Assembly (NCBI GenBank): GCA_963804165.1 | Contig: CAWDPO010000030.1 | Span: forward strand, 32,001 to 96,000 | Direction of reading: 5' to 3' | From: an uncultured delta proteobacterium | GTDB lineage: Bacteria > Desulfobacterota > Binatia > UBA9968 | Length of the DNA: 64,000 nt | Shown: positions 19,986 to 29,512 of the stretch, one piece after another | Layout of the letters: every line of letters begins with the position of its first letter | Numbering within the stretch: the stretch's first letter is position 1 | Translations under genes and position numbers: made by a program | The notes under the pieces: model-generated | Told to the model about the DNA's origin: nothing | Database searches by the model: none | Seen by the model: only the letters and a program-made list of their open reading frames with translations

Positions 19986-20687
19986 CTATTTTCGATTGCA
20001 AGCACGCTTCATGATGCGCTCTGCTCTGGTAATGTTAAATACGCCGCAGCTGCAGAAGCGGGCCATATAGCGCGCCGCCTCCTCGGGAGTCCGACGGTTT
20101 TCTCTTACCCACTCCAACATCTTTTTCGCGAAATTGGCCGAAACCATACCGTGGCCGCACATGGTGGAAAGTTCCAGAGTCGTCGCCTCCGGGAGTTTAT
20201 CCACCCGTCCGCTAAATCCGATGGAATATTCGACGCTGTGCCGGGCGATGCCGGCATCGTCGCAGCAACGCTTCGCCTCGTCGATGGGTGCGCTGATGTT
20301 TATGGAGATGCCCAGGTCAGCGGCTTTAAGCTCCTCGACAAATTGTTCCATGGCCGCGTAATTGTCGAAGACCGCAGCCACGGTCGTGTGTCCTTCGATT
20401 TCAGCGATGACCTGCTCGGCATCGGCCCGGTGATCCCGGCGCCAATGGGCCGATGGGTTTAGGTCTTGGCGCGGCCGGATGCTGCCGCCCTTGGTGGCGT
20501 CGCCGATGTTGACCGGCTGGTGCTTGAGCGCCAGACGCAGAAAGGTCCGATATTTCTCAACGAGGTCGTCGTCGTTGATTCCCCGGCTCGCCATCGCAAA
20601 GACAATGTAGTCGTCACGGATCGGTTCCGGATGCGGCGGAGCAGCGAAAGCGTAGTGTTCGCTGTAGCGGTGCAGAGTGTTGGTCAT
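19986..20687 (-). CDS. Uncharacterised protein with TMCGHG and CxCGxFN motifs
   Basis: Clean 233-aa ORF abutting the upstream Fe-S gene; Cys/His motifs suggest a metal site. Confidence 0.8.
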   Translation of the reverse strand: MTNTLHRYSEHYAFAAPPHPEPIRDDYIVFAMASRGINDDDLVEKYRTFLRLALKHQPVNIGDATKGGSIRPRQDLNPSAHWRRDHRADAEQVIAEIEGHTTVAAVFDNYAAMEQFVEELKAADLGISINISAPIDEAKRCCDDAGIARHSVEYSIGFSGRVDKLPEATTLELSTMCGHGMVSANFAKKMLEWVRENRRTPEEAARYMARFCSCGVFNITRAERIMKRACNRK

Positions 20688-21536
20688 CTATTTCCTAGCT
20701 TCCGCGTTCTTCGAATTTTGCATCGCGCCGGCATGTCCAAGACCCAAATTGGTTTTTCCGCGATAGGCTGGATATCCTTCCTGCTCGAGAATCTCGCCGA
20801 GCAAATCATTTCCCGCCGAGTCGCAGCGGGTGGAGACACCGACGCTGATCACGGTATCCACCTCGCCGGCAAGATCTCGGATGCTTTGCAGCACTGCAGA
20901 TACTCGCTCAAGAGGTGCTTTGATCTCAACGATGGCCGAAAGAATCTTTTCGTTGAGAATGTCCTCTCGAATCAGACCGCGGGAACGATCGGTCATCAGC
21001 GAAGCCACCGGGTTATTCTCTTCAAATTCAACGCCGAGTTGGGCCAGAGCGGTGGTGATGCGCTGGATGTCTCTGAACCGAGCGCCGACCCCGGGACGGC
21101 CAAATTCGACGACGAATCCCGCCTCGCCGTCTTTCACCCGATGGGTCACGTCGTTGGTTTTGACCTCTGCGGTGCCACGGCCGTGGATGCCCGTGGACTC
21201 GTGCGGCACTTGCGGATCGGAAAAGGCGCGGCGCACGATTCGAGGCCAGGCGAGTTCTTGCGGAACGATCGCGTCGGTGGGGCAGATATCCGGCTCGGGA
21301 TCGAACCTGAAACGGAAGAGCTTGGCGGCTCGCCGCACTGCGCGGACCATGAACGGATTCAGATGCTCCTTGGACATGCCGCGATAACAGGTGAAACATT
21401 CCACGCACTCATCGGTATTGATAGTTGCTCGCCCGATCGCCGGCTCGATGGAGATCGCTCCCATGGGGCAAATCGGCACGCAGTTGCCGCAGGCCACGCA
21501 TTTGTCGGGATCGATTTTCATCTCGTTCTCGCTCAA
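20688..21536 (-). CDS. 2x[4Fe-4S] ferredoxin-domain protein with uncharacterised C-terminal domain
   Basis: CVACGNCVPICP; CVECFTC-(~35 aa insert)-ICP; GRGTAEVKTNDVT. Confidence 0.85.
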   Translation of the reverse strand: MSENEMKIDPDKCVACGNCVPICPMGAISIEPAIGRATINTDECVECFTCYRGMSKEHLNPFMVRAVRRAAKLFRFRFDPEPDICPTDAIVPQELAWPRIVRRAFSDPQVPHESTGIHGRGTAEVKTNDVTHRVKDGEAGFVVEFGRPGVGARFRDIQRITTALAQLGVEFEENNPVASLMTDRSRGLIREDILNEKILSAIVEIKAPLERVSAVLQSIRDLAGEVDTVISVGVSTRCDSAGNDLLGEILEQEGYPAYRGKTNLGLGHAGAMQNSKNAEARK

Positions 21537-22735
21537 CCGTCGGACGCGGTTTCCAGTAGATAATTTTCCGCCGCAGCCAGGCCGGCACCGACGGGAATTT
21601 TAACGCCGAAACTTTTCAGCGCCATCTCGACGCCGGCGAGCGCGCCGAGAAGCTCAAGTTCATTTAAGCTTCCCAGGTGGCCGATGCGAAAAATCTTGCC
21701 TTTGACCTTACCCAGTCCGATGCCCAGGGAAAAATTCAGTCTCTTGTGCGCGTGCGCAACAAACGCATCGGAATCGAATCCTTCAGGCATGCAGACGGCG
21801 GTCAGCGTGTTTGAAAATTCATCCGGACTGCGGGCGAGGAGCTGCAAACCCATGGCCTGCACCGCGCGCCGGCAGCTTTCCGCCAATCGAGCGTGGCGGC
21901 GAAAGACGTTGGGCAGGCCCTCTTCACTGAGTATCGCGAGACTTTCCTTTAGGCCGAAGAAATGCACGGTGGCAGGGGTGGAGGGAAATTCGCCAAGACG
22001 ATTGCGCTCCAAGATCGGCGTCCAGTCCCAGAACGAACGCGGGCAGCGCGCCGATCTGCTCGCTTCTCGGGCGCGCTCGCCGATGGCCAGGATCGCCAGA
22101 CCCGGCGGCAACATCAGCCCCTTCTGTGCGCCGGCGAGAGCGACATCCACTTGCCAATCGTCGAAGCGAAAGTCGATGGAGCCCACCGAGCTGACCGAGT
22201 CCACCAAGAAAAGCGCCGGGTGTCGCACATGGTCGAGCGCGTGACGAATCGCGGCGATATCGCTGGTCACGCCCGTCGAGGTCTCATTGTGGACGACCAG
22301 CACGGCTTTGATGTCGTGTTGTTTGTCCTTCTCGAGCCGCTCTTCGATCCGCGCGGCGGAAACACCGGCACCATAGGGAAACTCTAGCAGTTCTACCTGG
22401 ACGCCAAACGATTCGGCGGTGCGGCAGAAAAGCGTGCTGAAGTGACCGTTCACGCAGCCCAACACCCGATCACCCGGTGACAGCGTGTTGACGATGCAGG
22501 CCTCCCACGCCGCAGTGCCCGAGCCCGGAAATACCGCTATGCGTCCCTCGGTGGTTTTGAAAACGTCCTTTAAGCCCTCGAGCACGTCCTTTAACAGTGC
22601 GGCAAACTCCGGTCCCCGATGATCGATCAGGGGCCGCGACATCGCCCGAACGATTCTTTCGGGAACCAGGGTCGGACCGGGAATTTGCAGAAACGGGCGG
22701 CCGGAAGTTCCTGGTAATTTACTTTGTGAAGCCAT
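21533..22735 (-). CDS. Class-V PLP aminotransferase (serine/alanine-glyoxylate aminotransferase-like)
   Basis: LQIPGPT, DHRGPEF, HNETSTG, DSVSS, AQKGLMLPPG, FRIGHLG. Confidence 0.92.
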   Translation of the reverse strand: MASQSKLPGTSGRPFLQIPGPTLVPERIVRAMSRPLIDHRGPEFAALLKDVLEGLKDVFKTTEGRIAVFPGSGTAAWEACIVNTLSPGDRVLGCVNGHFSTLFCRTAESFGVQVELLEFPYGAGVSAARIEERLEKDKQHDIKAVLVVHNETSTGVTSDIAAIRHALDHVRHPALFLVDSVSSVGSIDFRFDDWQVDVALAGAQKGLMLPPGLAILAIGERAREASRSARCPRSFWDWTPILERNRLGEFPSTPATVHFFGLKESLAILSEEGLPNVFRRHARLAESCRRAVQAMGLQLLARSPDEFSNTLTAVCMPEGFDSDAFVAHAHKRLNFSLGIGLGKVKGKIFRIGHLGSLNELELLGALAGVEMALKSFGVKIPVGAGLAAAENYLLETASDG

Positions 22736-22947
22736 CGACGCTCCCGCTCGTTCCTTGTAAATGTCTCATCTCCATGTTCGACGCGGCATCAAGTGTATTT
22801 GCCCAGGTAAAATGGTGCATCAGCGTAGCTTTGATCAACCTGCCAAGTCAAGCCGATAGCCATGTTTGATCGACCAAAAGTCGTAGCTTGGTTGACACTA
22901 CACATTGCACATGAATAAATACCGCATCTAGCCGAGCAGATAATTCC

Positions 22948-23790
22948 ATGTCGGATCTCGCACAGGCTCCTTTTGAATCGGCCCGAAGCCAAGCCGATAC
23001 CGTCATCAAAGTTGAAAATGTTTCCAAAGTCTTCCAGACGCCGAGCCAAGAAAATCTCAGCGCGCTCTTGAAACATCGATTTGGAGATCCGCCCCGGCGA
23101 GTTTGTCACCGTCGTCGGACCGAGCGGCTGCGGCAAATCCACGTTGCTCAAGCTGATCGCCGGATTTTCCCCTGTCTCGGCGGGTCGCATCCTTTGTCAG
23201 GGCGATGAAGTGCGCGGGCTCAATACGCGAGTCGGTTATGTGCCGCAAGAGAGCAAACTTTTCCCGTGGCTCACCGTGGAAGAAAACGTCGGCTTCGGCC
23301 TTAATCCGAAGCGCTATTCGCGCACCGACCGCGAGCGACAAGTAAGCTATTTCATCAATCTTGCCGGCCTCTCCGGCTTTGAAAAATATTATCCGGCGCA
23401 GTTGTCCGGCGGCATGGGCAAGCGCGCTTCGATCATCCGCGCGCTCGCCTACGAACCGCCGGTAATCTTGATGGACGAACCGTTCGGTCCGCTCGATGCG
23501 CAAACGCGCATGGTGCTGCAGGATGAGCTGCTCAAAATCTGGGAACAGAAGCGCCAGACCATCTGTTTGTCACCCACGACTTGGTTGAAGCGGTCGCCCT
23601 CGCCGACCGCGTGGTCGTCATGACGCATCGCCCGGGAAAAATCAAAGATGTCATAAGGATCAATATGGCCAGGCCGCGCAATATTTTCGAGATTCACCGC
23701 CAGGAAGGTTTTGACGATGCTTATGGCCGCTTGTGGCAAATCTTTCGCCACGAGCTCAATATCGGGCGCGCCAGCGCGCAGGATTCATGA
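22948..23790 (+). CDS. NitT/TauT ABC ATP-binding protein, frameshifted near 23075 and 23565
   Basis: GPSGCGKST, LSGGM, LMDEPFG across three ORF pieces. Confidence 0.88.
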
Positions 23791-24641
23791 CCGATCAAGT
23801 CCGCCAGCCGCGCTCCGAGATAACTCGATCTATGCCAACGACCGCAACGGCAAAGTCGATCTTTTCGCGCACTGTCACGGTAACACTAATTCGCAGCGCC
23901 ATTGTAGTGGGTTTTTTCCTTGCCTGGGAATTCGCGTCCGGCAGATGGATCGAACCGTTTCTCATCAGCAGCCCCAGCCGTATTTTTACGTCTCTGTTCA
24001 CCGGTTTCTACTCGGGTGATTTGCTGCAGCACACCTGGGTGACTTTTTTAGAAATCGCCATCGGCTTTCCGGTCGGCGCTATAGCGGGCATCGGCCTCGG
24101 CTACAGTTTCGGCCGCAGCCGCTTGCTTGCCGAGATATTCGAACCGATCATTATTGCGCTCAACGGGATTCCGCGCACCGCGCTTGCGCCGCTTTTCATC
24201 GTCTGGCTGGGCATCGGCTTGTGGTCGAAAATCGGCGTGGTTTTTCTCCTTACGTTTTTTCTCAATTTTTTTAACACCTATACCGGCATGCGCCAGATGG
24301 ATCATGAATACGTCGACCTGGCGGGTCTCATGGGCGTCAAAGGTTGGAAGCTGACGTTTAAAGTCATCTTCCCGGCGATTTCTCCCTATGTCTTCACCGG
24401 CATTCGCACGAGCATCCCTTTCGCGGTGATCGGCGCCATCGTCGGCGAGTTCGTCGCCGCCACCGAAGGCGTCGGCTTCTTCATCCGCATGTCGGCGGGT
24501 ATCTTTAGAACAGCCGACGTCTTCGTCGGCATCATCGTCTTGATGATCATGGTGATCATCATGGACAAAGTAGCCGCGCTGGTCGAGCGCAGAGCGCTGC
24601 GCTGGCAGACGCAAACCGAACACATACAAATCCAGGCCTGA
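23787..24641 (+). CDS. NitT/TauT ABC permease
   Basis: ATGA overlap; PRTALAPLFIVWLGIG, GAIVGEF. Confidence 0.92.
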   Translation: MTDQVRQPRSEITRSMPTTATAKSIFSRTVTVTLIRSAIVVGFFLAWEFASGRWIEPFLISSPSRIFTSLFTGFYSGDLLQHTWVTFLEIAIGFPVGAIAGIGLGYSFGRSRLLAEIFEPIIIALNGIPRTALAPLFIVWLGIGLWSKIGVVFLLTFFLNFFNTYTGMRQMDHEYVDLAGLMGVKGWKLTFKVIFPAISPYVFTGIRTSIPFAVIGAIVGEFVAATEGVGFFIRMSAGIFRTADVFVGIIVLMIMVIIMDKVAALVERRALRWQTQTEHIQIQA

Positions 24642-24659
24642 AAGAAGGGAGAGCTAACG

Positions 24660-25835
24660 ATGGAAAGGCAGATGAAAATCACAGCTCGCAGTGGGCAGGA
24701 ATGCTTCGACAAGCTCAGCATGAACGGATACTTCTCACTGCTTTCACTCCTATCTTCGTTCGTCCTGAGCCTGTCGAAGGATTCCGAGAGAATGTTCCAG
24801 CGGTTTGCCGGGCTCACTGTAGCGACGATCATCGGGTTGGGCCTGAACATCGCCTCGCAGGCGCAAGCCCAACAGAGAGACATGCCCGAAGTCAGTATGT
24901 TGACCGCCGTGCCCAACTTCGCCTTCGCAGCGATCTGGGTTGCCGAGCAGCTCAAATATTTCGAGCAGGAGGGCGTCCGGATAAAAATCACGCCCGCTCC
25001 GAGCGGCTCGGTCTGTTTGAACGCGGTGGTCGGCCGCTCCACCAATTTCTGCGCGTCCACGTCAGAGGGACTCGTCCTGGCGAAAGTCGAGGGCGCGCCG
25101 GCGATTGCGATTCAAGCGCACAATCGCACGATGACGTTGAGCGTCGTGCTGCGAAAAGCGATCGTCGATAAATTCGGTCTCACCCGCGCTAGCCCCATCG
25201 GCGAGCGCCTTAAAGCGCTGACTCAGCTCGGCACCATCGGCGCAACCGGACCGGGGGCGGCCTCTGAACAGATATTTAAATTCCTAGTGAAAAAAGCCGG
25301 CGCAATTGGGACAATAATTAAGTTCGTCTACATCGGAGCGCCCGAACTTCCCGCTTCGCTGATGAACGACGTGATCGACGCCTATGCGCTTTCCCCGCCT
25401 TCGGCCGAAATCACCGAGGCTAGCGGCAAGGGCTACGTTCTGATCCCGCTGGGGAAGGGCGAAATTCCGGAATTGACAGATTACCCTTATGAAGTTCTCA
25501 TGGTCCGCCCGGATTACGTCGAAGCGAACCCGAAGATCGCCATGGCGGTGGCGCGGGCGATATCGCGCGGCGGCGCGCTGTTCCGCAACAAACCGGAGGA
25601 AGCAAAAGCCGCGCTGCGCGCCCACCGGCTCTCGGTCAAACTATCTTCCGAGGTCTTCGAGCTCTCACACAACATGGTCGCCGGCGCCATGCCTCCGTGG
25701 GGAACGATGAGCGCCGCGGGATGGCAAAAGGTCATCAACTTCGCCACCGGCGCCGGCATCGTCAAAGATCTGTCCCAAGCCCCGTCGAATAAAGAGGGCG
25801 TGCTCTGGACGAATAAATACGTCGGCAAGCCGTGA
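24660..25835 (+). CDS. NMT1/TauA-type ABC substrate-binding protein, N-terminus contains a MITE-like repeat
   Basis: AAGGGAGAG RBS; YFEQEGV, WTNKYV. Confidence 0.85.
   Translation: MERQMKITARSGQECFDKLSMNGYFSLLSLLSSFVLSLSKDSERMFQRFAGLTVATIIGLGLNIASQAQAQQRDMPEVSMLTAVPNFAFAAIWVAEQLKYFEQEGVRIKITPAPSGSVCLNAVVGRSTNFCASTSEGLVLAKVEGAPAIAIQAHNRTMTLSVVLRKAIVDKFGLTRASPIGERLKALTQLGTIGATGPGAASEQIFKFLVKKAGAIGTIIKFVYIGAPELPASLMNDVIDAYALSPPSAEITEASGKGYVLIPLGKGEIPELTDYPYEVLMVRPDYVEANPKIAMAVARAISRGGALFRNKPEEAKAALRAHRLSVKLSSEVFELSHNMVAGAMPPWGTMSAAGWQKVINFATGAGIVKDLSQAPSNKEGVLWTNKYVGKP
24693..24808 (+). repeat. MITE/REP element (CTTCGACAAGCTCAGC..GTCCTGAGCCTGTCGAAG), inverted copy of 34403-34538
   Basis: Colinear with the reverse complement of 34403-34538 over ~115 bp. 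Confidence 0.85.
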
Positions 25836-25907
25836 ATTCACTCTGTCGTATCTCGGCGTTTGTCTGGGTAAGAGAAGCCCTCAAGACGTACAGTTGCGGT
25901 GTTCGAC

Positions 25908-26454
25908 ATGCATTTTAATGCGGGAGCAATACTACCTCCACAGGTCACCAAAACGAACAATGCTCGACAAGTCGGACTCGTGCTCGATACGCTGCTTTTT
26001 CGGTTTAGCGACGAATTCGAACTTGATCCTTACATTGAGGTGTGCGATTGCATCGTGGAATCACGGAGCTTTTTTAAAAGAGGAAATAAGCGTTACGGGA
26101 AAACTGATCCGTCATGCGAGACATGCAACGGCACCGGAAAAATGAAGACCACTTACAACACATTCGCTTGCTTTGACTGGTGGGAGATCGGAGGAAACTG
26201 GGACGGCGACTTAGCAGGAATAACGCGAAAATCCAATACACTATGGCGTAATTGTGTCGTGGTGAGGGATCTGCCAAAAAACTACTATTTCTTTGCCTTA
26301 GTCACTCCTAATAAGAAATGGCACGAGCAGTGGCATTTTACAGAAAGGTAAGCGCACTGAAGAAAAGGAAATTGCACTGTGGCATGAGTTTCAAAAGAAG
26401 CTACTAGGAAGACATTCGGCCCGTCTAGTAGTTTTGATCGACTGCCACCGCTAG
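25908..26454 (+). CDS. Phage-type hypothetical protein, one frameshift near 26340
   Basis: MHF..ILP, CETCNGTG, YNTFACFDWWEIGGNW, ALVTP..WHE, ends VLIDCH in another frame. Confidence 0.6.
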
Positions 26455-26491
26455 AGCATCTGAAGCGCGTACCGTATTGGAGGACTGGCCT

Positions 26492-27103
26492 GTGAGTGCT
26501 AAAGAAGCAAGCAAGGAGAGTACCCGCACCACGCGCAAACTGTTTTCTTACGTGGTTGACCATGACGAAGGTCGTGCACCAAATCCATATTTCGGCTTCT
26601 GTACGCTATGCCTTTGTAAGCATCGAAAAACCAAAAAAAACCGCCAAAACGTAGTTGAAAGGGCTAAAGTTGGTGACTGGATCGTCGGAACAGGCGGTGC
26701 AAGCAAAAGGAGCGCAGGTCATGGCAAGATCATATATGCAATGCGGATTGATAGAAAAATTTAGACGGCTCGAATATTACCGAGATCCGACGTTTGCGAA
26801 GAAGAAAAAGGTGATCGCGGCGACAACTTGCGTCCCGAGAATTGCTTCCAAGAGACGCAGCAATTTGTGCTAATATCCTGCCACTATCGGTATTTCGGTA
26901 AAAAAGCGATTCCAATACCCAAAGCCAAATTTCCTGAACTTGAAAAAAGAGGACCGAGCTTTCGTAGCGACTTTCAAGGAGCCGTATATCTCACGCTTCA
27001 CGTCTTGGCTCAAAAAAAACTACAAGAAATGCGGCAAGCGCGGTGAGCCATGTTCGAGACCGAAGCCTCGTCGCACCGGAAACCCTAAAACGATATGCAA
27101 GTA
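26492..27103 (+). CDS. Nucleotide modification-associated domain 2 (Nmad2) protein, frameshifted
   Basis: LFSYVVDHDEGRAPNPYFGFCTLCLCK, VGDWIVGTG, IIYAM, VLIS..YRYFG. Confidence 0.8.
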
Positions 27104-27820
27104 GTGCTGCTGAGAGTTGGTATAGACACCGGCTCCGGAGGAATCCATGGACCGTTGTTCAGGGACGGTTCATTTAAATACGTGCCTATTAGGGACGGTT
27201 TCAACGGGTGCGGAATAAGCGATCAAACCTACGGGAATACGGACGCCATATATGGCAACAGAACTCTAGTTGATTATTTTCCTGAAAGAGTTCGCGAGAG
27301 TCGTCGGAATATACCAATCCATCACGACCCGGAGTTCCAGACATTCACCTATGGTGATCCGACACCGCCCAAACAAGGTCTCAGGAAGCTCCATAACGGG
27401 GATATGTTAGTCTTCTACGCGGGGTTGCACGGGTGGAATTTCGAATGTGCTCCGGCGTTATATATCGTCGGCTTTTTTGAAGTGGAGACAGCAGGGTTAG
27501 CAACGGATTTCAGCCAACGTGATCTTCAGAGGTATTTTGGGCAAAACTTTCATGTTCGGCACCCGTCCGTTTTTCGAAAGCAGAAGGATCGACTCGTTCT
27601 TGTCAAAGGAAATAAACGGAGTCGTCTATTGAAAAAGGCGCGGGTCATTAGCTCGGTTGGCGCCGACGTGAGGGGGAGGCCGCTTCATATTTTGTCTCCT
27701 GACATGCAAAAGATTTTTGGAAACTTCGATGGTCACGTCAGTATTCAGCGCTCGCCTCCCCGGTGGGTGGCCGAAAGATTTGTCGCCAAAGCTTCCGCAT
27801 TTGTTATGTCTTTACGCTAA
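27095..27820 (+). CDS. Nucleotide modification-associated domain 3 (Nmad3) protein
   Basis: LLRVGIDTGSGG..GPLF.DGSF.YVPI, HHDPEF..FTYGD, GDMLVFYAGL. Confidence 0.8.
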   Translation: MQVVLLRVGIDTGSGGIHGPLFRDGSFKYVPIRDGFNGCGISDQTYGNTDAIYGNRTLVDYFPERVRESRRNIPIHHDPEFQTFTYGDPTPPKQGLRKLHNGDMLVFYAGLHGWNFECAPALYIVGFFEVETAGLATDFSQRDLQRYFGQNFHVRHPSVFRKQKDRLVLVKGNKRSRLLKKARVISSVGADVRGRPLHILSPDMQKIFGNFDGHVSIQRSPPRWVAERFVAKASAFVMSLR

Positions 27821-27942
27821 GAACGATTATACGCACAATCACATCGAGGCATTAATTCTCCGCAAATGAATAGGCAACAAGCAATATACTTCCTAGGACT
27901 ACTAAGCTTGTCAAATAACCAAAGCCTGACACGGAGTCTGAG

Positions 27943-28503
27943 GTGAACCTTCCGATTGGTCCTGTGACCCAGTACCACGACAAACCCCTCTCACTGCTTT
28001 CCCTCGTCGGAATGCTCGTGGTTCTCGTTGCGTTAGTCACCATCTTTCTACCTGCGGTACACCGGGTGGGATCATCCCCTTGCAAGGTGTTCGGAGCCTA
28101 CAAGCACAACGTCGCCACGCTCTCGGACTACGTTGAATATAAGCGAGATGCCAATCGGTTCTACGACCAACACGGCGCGGCTATCCTGACCTTCGACTGT
28201 GAGCGAATCAGTGATGACCTCGTGAAGATGACCCATGATCAGATGGTCTCTGCCGAGACCGAGAGTTTCGGTGGTGCGCGGGATGTCATCCAGATGTTTG
28301 TTCGTTACCGCCTTTTGGGCGCCTGGCGTGAAGGAACCGTCCTTCATCTCGCCAATCCCAACGTCGTTGACAGCGGACCCAAAGCGGTCTTTGGAAGGAA
28401 ATTCTCAGCGTGGAAGGACCAGGTAAGGGAACTTGCAACGGTACGAAGATGGGCATTAGGAAAGGGTCACGGAGAAGGGGTCAAGTCCGCTTTTAGCTTT
28501 TAA
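27943..28503 (+). CDS. Hypothetical membrane-anchored protein whose stop lies at the RAYT-element inverted repeat
   Basis: N-terminal TM helix; last residues GVKSAFSF are encoded by the IR. Confidence 0.5.
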   Translation: MNLPIGPVTQYHDKPLSLLSLVGMLVVLVALVTIFLPAVHRVGSSPCKVFGAYKHNVATLSDYVEYKRDANRFYDQHGAAILTFDCERISDDLVKMTHDQMVSAETESFGGARDVIQMFVRYRLLGAWREGTVLHLANPNVVDSGPKAVFGRKFSAWKDQVRELATVRRWALGKGHGEGVKSAFSF

Positions 28504-29512
28504 TGGTGTCGTTTACATCGAATAAAGAAGGGGCATGGCTCGACCGTTACGAATCGAATACCCCGGCGCTTACTACCACGTCATGAACCGCGGCCTGTCG
28601 CACCGGGATATTTTCCTGGAGGACCAGGGGCAGAGAGTTTCTTGGACTTACTCTCCGACATCACACGGCTTTGGAAAGTAGAAATCTACGCCTATTGTTT
28701 GATGAACAACCATTACCATCTTCTGCTGTCGACGCCGGCGGTGGGATTATCGCGAGCGATGCGACATCTGGACGGGATTTACACACAGAAGTTCAATCGC
28801 GTGCATCATCAAGACGGCCCGCTGTTTCGCGGCCGTTACAAAGCCATCCTGATCGATGCCGAAGCGTATTTCCTATCGGTGGTTCGTTACATCCATCATA
28901 ATCCGGTGGGCGGCGGCAGTGTGCGGGATATGGATCATTACCGGTGGAGCAGTCATTGGGGGTATCTGAACAAGAAACAGTGCCCAAAGTGGCTCAATAC
29001 AGAATCGGTCATGTTACGGTTTAGCGGTGTTCAGGAATATCAGAGATATGTGCAGAGCGAGATTGAGGAAAAGATCGACGACTTTTATAAGGGTCGTAAT
29101 CAAATGCCGATTTTGGGCGACAAAGGATTTGTCCAGAGAGTGCGGAAAATGCTTGGCGAGAAGGCCAAAGTGGAAGGCGTCAAGCCCGAGTCCCGGCAGG
29201 TATTTGGACTGCGCATCGAAGAGATCGCGCGGGCCACGGCGCGGGAGTACGGCAAGCGAGTGGAGGATTTGAAGCGGCGTCGCAGGGGAATCGAAAATGA
29301 AGCCCGCACAATGGCGATGTATTTGAGTTGGCAACTGGGCGGGTATCAAGCACAGCGAGATCGGCAAAGCGTTGGGATTAGACAACGAGTCGTCAGTAAG
29401 CTCGGCGTGTCTGCGGATGAAATTACGGGTAGCGCAAGACCGCAAGATCGACCAAAGGGCTCGAAGAATTACTGATGCGCTGACAAAAAGCTAAAAGCGG
29501 ACTTGACCCCTT
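28475..29512. mobile_element. RAYT-carrying element bounded by perfect 27-bp terminal inverted repeats
   Basis: AAGGGGTCAAGTCCGCTTTTAGCTTTT (28475-28501) and its exact reverse complement (29486-29512). Confidence 0.85.
28535..29506 (+). CDS. REP-associated tyrosine (Y1/HUH) transposase with C-terminal DnaA-domain-IV-like HTH, frameshifted
   Basis: MARPLRIEYPGAYYHVMNRG, CLMNNHYHLLL (HUH), GPLFRGRYKA, RYIHHNPV, YRWSS; C-terminal ARTMAMYL. Confidence 0.88.

Noticed and set aside
20466-21563. Long antisense or alternative-frame ORFs (also 4386-5141, 39781-40959, 45170-46372)
   Set aside because: Shadows of well-supported genes in GC-rich DNA, with no motifs
22892-22921. TTGACA-based promoter for the ABC operon
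   Set aside because: No convincing -10 hexamer at 16-18 nt
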